From Xylographa opegraphella (taxonomy: Eukaryota): a DNA stretch of 64,000 nucleotides. Of this stretch, positions 28,519-40,646 are shown piece after piece. The DNA lies in the NCBI GenBank assembly GCA_022813865.1, contig JALDZX010000029.1:62001-126000 (forward strand), written 5' to 3'. A model generated the notes under the pieces. The model was not told where the DNA came from and did no database searches. It saw only the letters and a list, made by a program, of their open reading frames with translations. The position numbers and the translations under genes were made by a program. How positions within the stretch are numbered: position 1 is the first letter of the stretch; each line of letters begins with the position of its first letter.

Positions 28519-30425
28519 ATGGCAGCGCTCCTTTACGGATCGTGTTTTTTGCTGGGTTGCTTGATATCAATCTCTAATGCAGGCCCGGAGCCCAAGGTTG
28601 TACGGATGCAAACTTCGAGGATACAACCACGCGGTACGATAACAAAGCGTGCTCCTTTGTCGGTCACCATCGGCAATGAACCTCTGATTGGTCTCTACTA
28701 CGTGAACGCGTCTGTTGGATCACCCCCACAGACTGTGCAATTACAGATCGACACCGGCAGCAGTGATGTCTGGATGTTTGGGCCTCAATCATGTAACTCA
28801 TCAACGAGTCTTTGCCTCGGAGGTGACTGTAAGTTACACTCTTCCATAATATACCAATCATCTGTGTTGTGTGCATAAGTGGTCTGCAGAAAGGTACTCA
28901 CTTGAATCTAAGCGAGGCTCGGGTGTCTTCCTCGAAGACTACCTAGTTGAGTCAAGAAACAAGTCGAGACGAAAATATATCACTTTTTACAACCGATGCT
29001 CTAGACACTCTGCACTCTCTTTGTTCTTTCGTGAGTCCATTGAGCTTGTATTCTGACTATTGACGCTACTAGTTGATCCATCGCAGTCATCCACTGTTGT
29101 GCAAGTCGTGCAGGGCGGCTTTACCATCCAATACGATACCCCTAATTCTGGAGTCGTAGGGGACTACGTGCAAGATAATTTTGGCATTGGTGGCATGGTA
29201 ATCAAAAATTTGACAATGGCTGTCGCTACAGCAGCCGACTATGTCACAACCGGCATAATGGGAATTGGCTTTGATACTGACGAATCGGTGGCTCGTGCGT
29301 CCAATGAAGGCACTGTGTATCCTAACTTGGTCGACGAGCTGGTCAACCAAAACTTAATCACAACTCATTCCTACAGTCTCTGGCTAAATGATCTAAGTAT
29401 GTTCTTCATTGGCTATGTCGTCTTCACCTTGCGGTGTAACCGGCTGATAGTACAATAAAGGCTCGGATAGTGGAACCGTGCTCTTCGGAGGCTACGATAC
29501 CGACAAATATTCCGGCGATCTAGGTGTTTTGCAAATCCAGCCAGACGCTCAATCCGGCAATATCACTTCTATGACAGTCGCATGGACGTCCCTCTCCGTC
29601 ACGGATCCGACATCCGGTACTACTACCCTTACGGATGATAGTTTCGCAGCGCCAGCTGTGCTTGATAGCGGTACATCCCTGTGCGGTGTTCCTACGGACT
29701 TGTACAACCAATTGGCAGACTTTGCAGCGGTCATCAACGACCCGACTTACGGCGCTATCGTAGCGTGTAACATCAGCTCCTACACCGGAACTCTCAACTT
29801 TGGGTTTGGTGGAAGTGGAGGACCAATCATTTCCGTCCCCTTCTACGAACTTGCCGTTCCCACTGTTGACCAGAACAACAATCCGTTAACTTTCGATGAT
29901 GGTTCGACGGCTTGTACTTTTGGATTATTCCCTGTTGATCAAGGGGGTGATATACTTTTCGGCGACACATTCCTCCGTTCAGCGTATGTTGTGTATGATC
30001 TCGACAACCTCCAGATCGGTATTGCGCCTACCAATTTCAATTCCACTACATCTAGTATTCAGGTGATCGGTGCAAGCGACACGATTGTGGGCGGTGCTTC
30101 CAGCATAGCCTCCGGAGTCACCGTGACGCAAACGAACACTGCCAAGGTAGCTCCGGGTATTGAAAAGACTGGAACTGTCACATCACTGGCAACGAAAGCA
30201 CCTGCGCCCACCTTCGGAGCCATCAGTGGTATCAAGACAGACGCTGGAGCTACGGGTACGGCAGCGAAGGCTCCGGCCACAGCTACCGGAAGCGCGGCGA
30301 CGCCATCATTCACTAAGAGTGCTGCGTCGACCACAACACCCTCTTTCGATATCACGACAATGTTTATAATGGCTGGATCTTTTATCCTGGTGCTTCTGGG
30401 TGGAGTCTCTGTTGTACTTGCTTAG
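28519..30425 (+). CDS. GPI-anchored A1 aspartic endopeptidase (yapsin/OpsB-like), 3 exons
   Basis: Signal peptide, KR propeptide site, catalytic DTGS and DSGT, GIMGIG, YSLWLNDL, ILFGDTFLRSAYVVYDL, Ser/Thr-rich stalk and hydrophobic GPI signal. Confidence 0.95.
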
Positions 30426-31523
30426 TCCGCCTTTTTGGTAACAGAAACCGGAGCAGCCACAGCCACTCATTATGGTGGAATCAGCGATCTTAAGCAATCA
30501 TGTCGTACATCATACAACTTTAAGACCATCCTATCTGTGATCCTTACCAAGCTGCTTCGCCTTGCTTTGAACTCCTTTGAACTTCTTTGAATACTCGAAA
30601 GGTAAGAACCAAGTAAGGTGCACTCACTAGAGAGAAAGATAGTCTATAAGAAGGGTGTCGATATATCTTGGCCGTCTTCCTTGTTCGTTTATATTTGGGG
30701 AAAGAAATAGTACAAGATGATTTATGACAGTCTATTCTCATTCAACAGCTGCTTGAAATGCTCCCGCAACCATATCTGGCGTGGCAATGACCACCAGAGA
30801 CTATCCTGTGGATCCTTGAACGCGAGCGGGCGGCTGGCTAATCGAATTTGTCGTACTCGAGTTGCGGCGTTGTACAACGTCTCCCAATCGGTTTTGGGTG
30901 ATTGCTCAGACATATTTGCGGAGCCTCATTCCACTGCTTACTGCCCTTCTAGAGACTACATAGCAGAACGCACTTCTAGAGGCTTCCACCATCTGCGTTA
31001 GAGTCTTTCTATGTTGTATTGATAGTATCATATTTAATCGTGGACAACGTGTCATGCTCCTCTTCTGCCGCTGCGAGCTCCGGGTCCCCTGAGTCATACT
31101 CTTCGCTGTATCCATTCTGCCAAGAATCTTCCAACTTCAACTCGTGTAAGCCTGCCGTTTTCGTCGTATTCTATGTCTTCATAGCTTCTGAATGAGAATC
31201 GGCGAAGTAAAAATAAAGAAGAAAGACGATGTCGTAAACAGTAGAGCGAGTAATGGCAAAGCTTTTATATGTGGTCTTCATGGTAAGGTAGCCTCACAGA
31301 TTCTTTGTAGCATCCGTGGAAGCATTCGATGAAATTGTGGAGGCTGAAACCCTGAAATGTTTCCGGAAATTTAGGTTTAGCCCTAGCCGAGCGGTTAATG
31401 TAAAGAAGGCCCAAGCTGGGGAGTGTTTGTGACTCAATAAGATAGAATACCCAAACATTCTGATTGCTACTTGTTGATATAAATATCATTGCTATATAGA
31501 TATAACTACAGAGAATAGTCGAG

Positions 31524-32521
31524 ATGCCTGTCGGAATTAACCAAGTAGGCTCTTTGAAAATTTGGACATCAGAGTCAAACACTAACCTACTCCAGCCGTC
31601 GAATCAAATACGACTCACGAATGTCTCTCTCGTCCGACTAAAGAAAGGTCCCCTCTCTCCCCGATCCTCTCAACTTCCTCACTCCACTCCAAAGACTAAC
31701 CCATTACCCTAGGCAAAAAGCGCTTCGAAATCGCGTGTTACAAGAACAAGGTCCTCGAATACCGCTCCGGCATCGAAACCGACCTCGACAACGTCCTCCA
31801 AATCCCCTCTGTCTTCCTCAACGTCAGCAAAGGGCAGACCGCTCCCGCCGCCGACCTCGCCAAAGCGTTCGGCGCCACCACCTCCACGGCGGACATCGTG
31901 CTCGAGATTCTCAAGAAGGGCGAACTGCAGGTCGGCGAGAAGGAGCGGCACGCGCAGCTGGAGCGCGTGCACAACGAGGTCATTGACATCGTGGCGGGGA
32001 AGCTGGTGGATCCGAAGAGCAAGCGCGTGTACACGGCCGGCATGATCGCCAAAGCGCTGGAGCAGCTGAGCGGGCACAGGCAGGAAGAGGGGAGCGGGGC
32101 GGGGACGCCGGAGGAAGGGGCGGGGAAGGCCAAGGAGCGCCCGACGTGGACGGGAGTGGTGGCGACGAAGAGCGCGAAGAGCCAGGCCCTGGATGCGATG
32201 CGCGCGCTGATTGCGTGGCAGCCGATTCCGGTGGCGAGGGCGAGAATGCGGTTGAGGGTGTCATGTCCGGTCGGGATGCTGAAGCAGCCAGCGAAGGTGG
32301 CGCGAGGGGAGGGAGAGGAAGAGGGAAAGGGGACGGTGAAGGAGAGGATTCTGAGCTATGTGGAGGAGGTGGAGAATCAGGGGGAGGTAGGAGGCGAATG
32401 GGAGGTGGTGGGTTTCGTGGAGCCGGGGGCCTTCAAGGGGCTAGGGGAGTTCGTAGGTGGAGAAACGAAGGGAAGGGGGAGGGTCGAGGTGCTGGATATG
32501 GCGGTTGTACATGAGGACTGA
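31524..32521 (+). CDS. SDO1: 60S ribosome maturation factor SBDS, 3 exons
   Basis: MPVGINQ/PSNQIRLTNVSLVRLKK/GKKRFEIACYKNKVLEYRSG...VFLNVSKG...EILKKGELQVGEKER...KSAKSQALDAM...PIPVARARMRLRV. Confidence 0.97.
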
Positions 32522-33017
32522 TAGAGAGGAATAATGATGAAAACGAAAAGCGGGTGCATGGGACTGACCATCTGTGAAAGGGGTGTTGTGCAGGAGTTTT
32601 AGACACTTATGGGCTTGGCATACTGACTTTGTTAATAACATTTGGTCAAGTTACGATGAGAAAGAAATTCAAGACAGAAGCAATACTAACAGGATCCTGA
32701 CTGGTATGAGCCCAAGATCTATAGCGTAGGTATTGGTTGACGACAAAATAGACGTCTATTACCGTACGTGAATTTTTGGCTTAGAAAAACTTCCAGAATT
32801 CTGGCAGTGCTTGGGTACTTCAAGCATCGTTCAGTGTAGGACGAAATCCTGTGGATGCGGTTTTTCAATGACGATTGCATAGAATGGGCGGTTGTTGACG
32901 GATTCAAGCTGCTAGAGTGACAGATCTTTACCAGATAGCTGAGAGCTGTATCTTCAGTTTTGACCCCTTCAACAAACCTCCCAGATATGTAATCACAAGC
33001 CATTCCGACACAAACAT

Positions 33018-33622
33018 TCAACCCTTCTTCTTAGACACACCCACAGTCCTACCCCTCCGTCCCGTCGTCTTCGAGTGTTGTCCCCTCACACGCAGTCCCC
33101 AATAGTGACGTAGACCACGATGAGCACGAATCTTCTTCAACCTCTCCAAATCCTCACGTAGCTTGCTGTCCATTCCGTTGGCTAACACCTGAGTGTCCTT
33201 GCCATCCACGATGTCGCGCTGTCTATTGAGAAACCAGGTTGGGATTTTGTACTGGGTGGGGTTCTGGATGATGGTGACGATGCGCTCAAGTTCTTCGGAA
33301 GTGATCTCTCCAGCACTATGGACACAAGGATGAGCAAGTGTCTGATCTACAGAGCCGAGTTTTGGAGATAAACCCACCGCTTGTTGAGATCCACATCGGC
33401 TTTTTTGCAGACCAAGTTGGAGTAGCGGCGTCCGACACCCTTTATCTTGGTGAGCGCGTACATGATCTTCTGCTTGCCGTCTACATTGGTATTGAGAAGA
33501 CGTAGGATGAACTGGAAGTTCGACTTCTCTCCTGAGACGAGCGCTGTGTAATGTCAGCTCTCATTTCAATTTCAAACTGATGACTGGTCTGTGAGCTACA
33601 ATCATCTGGATTACTTACACAT
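33018..33622 (-). CDS. RPS18: 40S ribosomal protein S18 (uS13), 3 exons (first exon ATGT)
   Basis: [67 protein letters not shown]...[34 protein letters not shown]. Confidence 0.99.
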
Positions 33623-34056
33623 GCTGGGCGACACTTGGAGTTATTAAATCTGCTGCTCGTCGATGTCGATGGATTTCAAATGTGGAGGTTCGTGTGGTTA
33701 GCGCGTTCGCTAACAGCGGTACAGCAGTCCTAGGCCTTAAACAGTTTAGCTATTTTGGCTCACGTTTAAGAGCCAAGAGCACCATTTCTTTTGCATCACT
33801 CGTACTTCGTACGGCTTCCTGGTTTTTACAAGAAAGAGACACATATTAAGTGCTACTATTGCCTTCAAAACGAATTTGAAGAAAGCGGTGAACGGAGCTA
33901 CTATAGTATATTTAGTGTCCAGAAAACCATAACCTATAGTCCATAAACCCTATGCTGGTTGATACATCGAGTGGATTTCATGGCCCAACTCATCACATTT
34001 TCCAGTATTAGAAGCCATGAAGCTGATACCTGCCGAGGAATGGGATACTCTTAGGA

Positions 34057-35179
34057 TCATGGCCTATCCTGAGTAAAGCTCTGCCTACTCAATGCTTCCA
34101 ATTGGATCTGCCAAACAGGTCTGGCCAATTGAATAAATTTATCGCCAAAGTCGTCCAAAACTGTCTGCATGACATTGAGACTGGTGATTTCTTTCGTCAA
34201 ACCAGTACCTTCAGATCCTCCAAAAGTGCCTCTCCACCATGCTTCTTTCCACTGCTGCACGGCTGATTGCGCGGCTTTGTGCTCAGGCTGCATATTGTTT
34301 GCCACTAAGTAGAAAGAACTTCTCAAAGCGTGCTTTCTTTGCGGCTTAAAGAGCCTGATTTGTGCGAACTGTGAGAATTGATACAGGAGCTGGATACAAT
34401 GCCATGAATCAACTTTGTGGAGTAGCATGACGAGTGTGCCACCAGTTGCTATCCTTTGAAGGGCCAAGATGAGTTGGGATGAGGTAAGTCGGAGCGCTTC
34501 AAAGTTCTCTCTGTGCTTGGGACGGGTATGCGTGCGAAGGACCTGGCCGTCACAGAAGACCAAATGAAACGACTGCCCCAAATACGGACGCTCTGTGATG
34601 AAGCTCTTATGCTCGGGGTGTCCTTGCGGAATGGGCGTGACACTGAATTCGCTCGCCAACATCGTAATATCAAGAAAGAGACATTCCACTTGTGCGGGAC
34701 GGTTGGATCGCAGAAGCAGATTGTGCCCACCATCAGACCTTGGAAGACTGATGCCTCGTACCGTGGCTCCTCTGTTGACACCCAGAGCCACTGCTGAATA
34801 GCCACCAGGGGCCATACAGAGATCCAGAACTCGAACCACATCGCCAGGCATCACTGATAGCGATAGAGCTTGTGTTTGCGACTGAAGTTCTTCAGCAATC
34901 TGTTGCATCATATTATAGAAGATCGTCTCTTCGTGCCCTTTAGTGTTATCGGCTCTACTGCGCTGCTTCTTGAAGTGCTCATCTCCTTCCGGGTTTGCCC
35001 ACCCCTAATGCGGCATCAACACGCCACCAAGATATTCTTGTGATGGATGACCTTACCTTGTCTTTCAGTATTTGGAGCGAGCAGAAGATTGGGTCCTTCT
35101 GCAGGAAGTTTCTTAGCACTGATCCCTGACGCTCCGGATGGCTGGCCCTTCCGCTATCCTCAGCGACAGTTGTCACCAT
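34057..35179 (-). CDS. Fungal FtsJ/RrmJ-like SAM-dependent methyltransferase, 2 exons
   Basis: LQILKDK/GWANPEGDEHFKKQRSRAD...VLDLCMAPGGYS (SAM motif I), LDITML, LVFCDG, SQLILAL...GGTLVMLLHK, FKP...RSSFYLVA. Confidence 0.85.
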
Positions 35180-35955
35180 GATACCAGTGTTTCTGTATGG
35201 AATAAGCTTGAGCAAGGTCGCGCTGGAATCTAAAACTGTAATGCCAGATGATCTAGGTCTTGAGAACGGACATGCATTGACTAAAGCAACGACAGTCCAA
35301 AGCACATGCTCGTGAACTTTCCGTCAAGGAGGGATTGGGTACTTAAGTACAGAGGACAAACAGCCTCAATCATGTGAAGTGCGGGCTCCAATGATGATTC
35401 TCGTCAATCATGCATGTGCCCGACCATCGTTTGCTGCCTGCCTGGAGAATACCTTAAGGTAAGGTACCGTTGTCAGACGTTGGCGCCCTGCATCGTGAAA
35501 GGGGGTGGCTCTACCGTAGTTCCCACCGCATTTCGCAAAGGCCACAACGCTATCCATATGTGTTCTAGAGTATCGAAAACATGATCTGTTAATCCCGCTT
35601 TATCAGACATACTCATACTTTTGTGAGCTCTTCATTTTGTTGACCTCATCGTCGATGGCATCTTAGAGCATTCAGCCATCATGTGTCTTCAACAACACAA
35701 TGTAACGACCATCTCTGGCGAGTTGCTAATGACAAGGAATGGCTGCGATCTCATATGAGGGATAGGCCACGGGGCTTCCCGCCATCGATAGGCCTGGGCC
35801 GAGGTTTAAACTCAATAGAATCTCATCAGCGTCACTGACTGCTCATCCACATTTCAGTCCCTATTAGAACCGCCTTTGTTCCGAATGTGTAGACCTTGCA
35901 TAGCCAGACACTTCTCATAAAGATATTCGATTATTACCCAGCAGAAGAGGCATCA

Positions 35956-37182
35956 ATGGCTCCACTAAAGGCCTTGCTTTTCGATATCGGCGGCGTCCTT
36001 GTGCTCTCCCCTTTCCAGGCCATCGTCGACTACGAAAGGGAAAACAATATCCCGAGCGGGTGGATCAACTTCGCCATATCGCGCTCGTCCCCCAACGGCC
36101 ACTGGCAACGTCTGGAGCGCGGAGAGATCCCGCTGGACGACGATTTCTTCAAGGGCTTCGGCCAAGACTTATGCAACACTGACGTATGGGAAGATTTCCA
36201 GAAGAGGCCGCGAACAGGCAGGAAGAAACTGAAAGACCTCGCTCTCGCGAATCCGACCCAGTTGGGTGACCCTGTTAGCTTGAAAGCAGAGGCCGCGGAC
36301 TCTGAGCCTACGGACCAAGATCGCGGGGCGCAGTCTTCTTCGTTACCAGATGGGAGTGAAGGCGCGTCTCAGGCGAGTGATCCGCGTCCGTCGAAGAGCC
36401 TCAAGGAGCTCGCAACGGAGAACCCAACCCAGCTCGGTGACCCGGTCAGTCTCAAAGCTGAGACCGCCGACTCCGAACCCACCGAGCATGACAAAGGCGC
36501 CAGCTCTCCGTCATCACAGGCCAACCCCCCATCTCCGTCAGAAAAGCCCCAGAGCCTGAAAGAGCTCGCAACGCAGAATCCCTCCCAACTCGGCGACCCC
36601 GTCAGCCTCAAAGCCGAGACGGCCGCCTCGGAGCCTACGGACCAAGACCGCGGCGCCAGCTCCAACGCCCCAACCGCCCGGCCCCTCCCTTTCGCCATCG
36701 ACGCCCCCACCCTCTTCCGGAACATGATGATCATCCTCCGCGCGCCGGACCCACATCTTGGCCCCTACTTCACACACCTCTCCCACCTCTCCCCGCGCCC
36801 CTTCCTCCTCGGCGCCCTCTCCAACACCATCCCCTTCCCACCCTCGCACCCCTTCGCGGCCGCGTCCTCACCCTCCTCCGCCCCGCGCCAAAGCTTCGAC
36901 GTCTTCGTCGCCAGCGCCGAAGTTGGCCTGCGGAAACCGCACCGCGCCATCTACGAGCTGGCGCTGCGGGAGCTGGACCGGCTGGACCGGGAGCGGGGCG
37001 GCGAGGGCGTCGCGCCGGGGGAGGTGCTGTTCCTGGACGACATTGCGGAGAACGTGCGCATGGGGGCGACGGTGGGGATGCGGACGCTACGGGTGAGGTT
37101 GGGGGAGACGGAAGGGGCGGTGCGGGAGTTGGAGAGGGTGACGGGCGTGCGGAGGAAGGATGTGGGAGGAAGTAAATTATAG
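35956..37182 (+). CDS. HAD-superfamily hydrolase (sEH N-terminal/ACAD10-HAD-like) with internal triple repeat and C-terminal PTS1
   Basis: Motifs LLFDIGGV, GALSNT, SAEVGLRKP..IY and VLFLDDIAENV; ends GGSKL*; intronless. Confidence 0.9.
   Translation: MAPLKALLFDIGGVLVLSPFQAIVDYERENNIPSGWINFAISRSSPNGHWQRLERGEIPLDDDFFKGFGQDLCNTDVWEDFQKRPRTGRKKLKDLALANPTQLGDPVSLKAEAADSEPTDQDRGAQSSSLPDGSEGASQASDPRPSKSLKELATENPTQLGDPVSLKAETADSEPTEHDKGASSPSSQANPPSPSEKPQSLKELATQNPSQLGDPVSLKAETAASEPTDQDRGASSNAPTARPLPFAIDAPTLFRNMMIILRAPDPHLGPYFTHLSHLSPRPFLLGALSNTIPFPPSHPFAAASSPSSAPRQSFDVFVASAEVGLRKPHRAIYELALRELDRLDRERGGEGVAPGEVLFLDDIAENVRMGATVGMRTLRVRLGETEGAVRELERVTGVRRKDVGGSKL
36223..36660 (+). repeat. Three ~108-bp coding repeats (K.LK(D/E)LA..NP(T/S)QLGDPVSLKAE.A.SEPT..D(R/K)GA)
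   Basis: Copies start near 36223, 36394 and 36550 and are separated by Ser/Pro linkers. Confidence 0.95.
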
Positions 37183-37350
37183 AAATGGAGGTCGTGGCTT
37201 CAGATCGCCTTGATATGCATAGGGAGGTGGTGTGATAACCTACGGCACCTACGGTAAGACTCGCAGTGGATGGTCAAAGGGTTGTATCTACCTAGGTGGC
37301 TCGGCGCAGCTGCAAGTATAGGTACGGTTGAGCTCGTAGTCATTGCTTTG

Positions 37351-37404
37351 AGACTTGTTACGAGTCGTCCCGAGTCGTTGCGATTTGTTCCGAGTCGTTC
37401 CGAG
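37351..37404. repeat. Degenerate 10-bp tandem repeat (CGAGTCGTTC-like, about 5 units)
   Basis: cgagtcgtcc cgagtcgttg cgatttgttc cgagtcgttc cgag. Confidence 0.7.
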
Positions 37405-37788
37405 ATCTAGTCACCGCCTTGGATCATCCTCCGCTGCGCGTATACGAGGTAGATCAGTCCGTGATAGGGGCTTTTGATCTTCTCAAGTGTCCGTCTAGAT
37501 AGTATTAATCTGCCGCCATGCCAGCTCTGCAGGCAGTATCGAATTGTTTTCCCACCGCTCAGCCTGCTTCACACTTTACTGATTCTTCCCCCTAGGACCA
37601 CCAACACACGAACATCCGAAAAGGTAGGTATCATGAATACATACATATCAAGCCCTCCCGTGAATCCTCTTAAGGAATACAACTCATTATCGCCACCCAT
37701 CATCCACACATGAATCATAACTCGTAGACGGGCGCTCCCCGCGAGCCAGCAGTGCATCCGACATCCCTCTCGTCTGCCAGCCATCTCG

Positions 37789-40646
37789 TCATGTGTATAC
37801 CGGGGCCCTGATGAGCATGTTCTTGCCCCGGACCTCCACCGACATGAAAGCCGCGAAGCGCACACGCTCTTCCTTCGGTGCTTGCGGCCCCGCTTCTGCA
37901 GCTGCAGAACCTCCTGCTCGTGCATTGCCAGGTGCTGTGGGCCCTGCCACGGGCTTTTTGTTGCCCAACAAGCCGGACAGCATGCCAGGTTTCTTCTTGT
38001 TCTGTTGCTGCGCTTGCTGCGCTTGCTGCTGAGTCTGCTGCTGTGCCTGTTGGTGGTGTTGTTGTTGTTGTTGAGATTGTTGTTGTTGCGGCGAGACGTC
38101 ATTCAAGCTCTCCTGATCTGCCTCTTCTTTCTCGTCCGCGCTGTCGATAGAGTTGGAGTCACCAAGGCCTTCGCCGGGGTTGGTGAGAGCCGGGAGGGCA
38201 CCCTCGACACGCATATAAATGTCATTGACGATCGTCCCGGGCATGATGTAGTTGACGTAGACATCGCGGCTTTCGAGCGGCACATTGGCGGCTATGCCGA
38301 CAGCAAGCTCAACAATACCTTCTACGCCGACATCTAGGCCAGGTGGAGCGGGTTCTCTGAGGTTGTCCTTTAGGTCTGTAGTCAGCATTTCAACAAGCAT
38401 ATCCGTGAGCTCGTTGCGATAGCTGGCTGCGCCAGGACTGGCCAGCATGTCGGCCAGCCCGTCGAGGGTAGCGAGCCGCCAGTTACTGATGCGGGCAAGG
38501 AGCGCCTCTTTTTCTTCTTCATTCTGCGTAGGTGGCGAGAAACGGCGAAGATTCTTCTCTATTATTTTGAGCTGGCAGCTGAGATTAGGCTCTAAGGCAG
38601 GATGGAAGTAGCGGTCCAGGAGCTCCTCAACAAGCCAGCGGCTTATACAGGCTCGGCCGACAGCGGTCATTTCTTTCGTACCCAGTTGTGTCGCATCTTT
38701 ATTGACGCAGGACGCCAACCAAGGGGGAACGATCCGCCAGTCTTTGCGAATGTTGAAGGCAAGATTGTTGATGGCGCCATCCAGGCGGGAAAATCTATTT
38801 GCGTATTCGGCATCGTCGAGGGAGGTACGAGATTGGGCGAGTCGCTGGTGTGCAAGCGTATTTTGTAATTGTTGAACCTGAGCGTCTTTGTCGAAATAGA
38901 ACTTTTTGACCTTTCTGTATTTATCATCTGGAATACCGTTAGCAACAGAGATACGCTTGTTCATGCCGCGAGGATTCCTTTACTAAGTTCGTCATGCCGC
39001 GTAAGAAGCTGCTGGAAATCCAGACCCGAGAGATCATCCCTGGATCTGCTGGGTGGTGGCGTACTCCGGCCTTGTTCTGAGTTGCTGTTTTGCTGTACCA
39101 TAGGAGATGCCTGAGGGGTGTTGCGATAGCTCCCACCTTGCTGATTATTATTATTCACGCCAAGCTGTGACCCATATTGTGCCGTTGGTTGTCCAGACTG
39201 ATTTGTGCCTTGTGTGCGTTCACTGTAGGCATAGTTGGGATTGTCTCTCGCCTGGACCGACTGTGTATTTTGTTGATTCTGCTCCGATGAACGGCCTCCA
39301 GAATGTGGCTGTGTCGCTGGTGGAACCATGGTATTCTCACTGTATAACGGAACTGCCTGCAGGGAGGAAGTTCCGTGATGAAACGGCAAGTGCTGTGGTT
39401 GTGATGGTGATGGTGGTTCGTATGATTGACGGGAAGATGGTCTGCTGTTCCGTTGTGGGTATAGAGGCTGAGGATAGGTAAGGTCTTGTGTACTACGAGA
39501 ATGCAATTGATGGCTTGCGGAGGAGCCCGCTGACGAATGAACAGGCTGGAAAGCTTGATACTGCGTCTGCAATTCAGAGGAGCTATTTTGCTGATGTGTA
39601 CCGGGTGTACGACCAACTCGTTCCAACGATGGGATCTTGGCAGCCACTTGTTCCAGAGGCTGCAATTGTCCTGAAGCGGCGACGGACGATTGCGGGTGTT
39701 GCTCGTTGTGACGATGTTCGGGCACGAATGTAGGGAGAAAGAGCGGCGACTTGGGCGAATCTTTTGGTGGTATTATTGGTGGTGTAGAATATTTGCCGTG
39801 AGGGCTACTGGGATGGAGACTTTGTTCACCCTCCGGTTCTTCGTCGACTGTAGGCGATGGAAACTTTGCAGAAGAAGAGCCCAATGGCCAGGTAGTCTCA
39901 GAAGAGTTTGTTCCTACGTCAGTTGAGATCTGAGGTTGGGGGCCCGTTCGTCGTACTGAAATGCTCCGTCCAAGACCCCTCGCCGGATTCGGAGATGGAG
40001 TATGGGTGACCTCCTTGACGCTTGAGGATTCCCCACCGAGGCCAAAAAAACGTCTCTTCTTCTTGAGATTCTGCGTTAGGTGAGGTGCTTGTTGCGACTC
40101 CTGACCAATTGTGTCTGGATCTTCGTCAATGGTAGGGGAGGCCGCAACGCCACCGTGGGTAGGACTGACGAGGTTGATCGTCGGTCCGTGGCCGATTCGC
40201 GGTGACGGCGATGCACGCTGGCTTTGTGACCTTTGTAGGACGTTGGGCTTGGTGTGAGTGTTCGATTGATGAAACCTCGCAGCGTCGGCCTCGTAGTTGC
40301 GGGCCAAGATGTCGTCGCGGTCGTTGTCGTCGGGACTCAAGGGGGAGGAGGCTGCCGAAGGAGGAGGAACAGCGGGCGAATGCAACGGCGAGTCGATGGG
40401 AGAAGGTTGGTCGGGGCCTCGGTCATAGAGGCTCTGATTGCTGAGGAGCGAAGCCTGAGATCTGTTGGACTTGAAAAGAGAATACTTGTTTGGCTTGTGA
40501 GGTTTCATGTCGTTCATGTATGCTTGAATGACCGTGCCCGACGCGGAACGAACGGGCCTAGCAGCTGTGCGGTAGGCTGGTATCAGCTCGTGGGGATTTC
40601 TATTTTGGGGCTGGTCGTCTGAAGCATCAACCGCTCGAGTGACCAT
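37789..40646 (-). CDS. Hypothetical protein: long disordered S/P/Q-rich N-terminus, coiled-coil/helical domain and poly-Q tract, 2 exons
   Basis: Two long ORFs join through an intron at about 38928-38982 (HDEL/NDKYRKVKKFYFDKDAQVQQLQNTLAHQRL). Poly-Q at about 38005-38090. The start could be 40646 or 40517. Confidence 0.85.

Noticed and set aside
32534..32627. ATGATGA...CTGA resembling a C/D box snoRNA after the SDO1 stop
   Set aside because: No terminal stem or recognisable rRNA guide, and it lies in the immediate 3' UTR. Probably chance.
14000..35470. Scattered (TAAGG/AGGT)n tracts at about 14000, 17740, 17911 and 35451 as telomeric or mobile-element ends
   Set aside because: They are short, are not TTAGGG arrays, and have no TIR/TSD pairing or transposase. 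This is a common fungal intergenic microsatellite.
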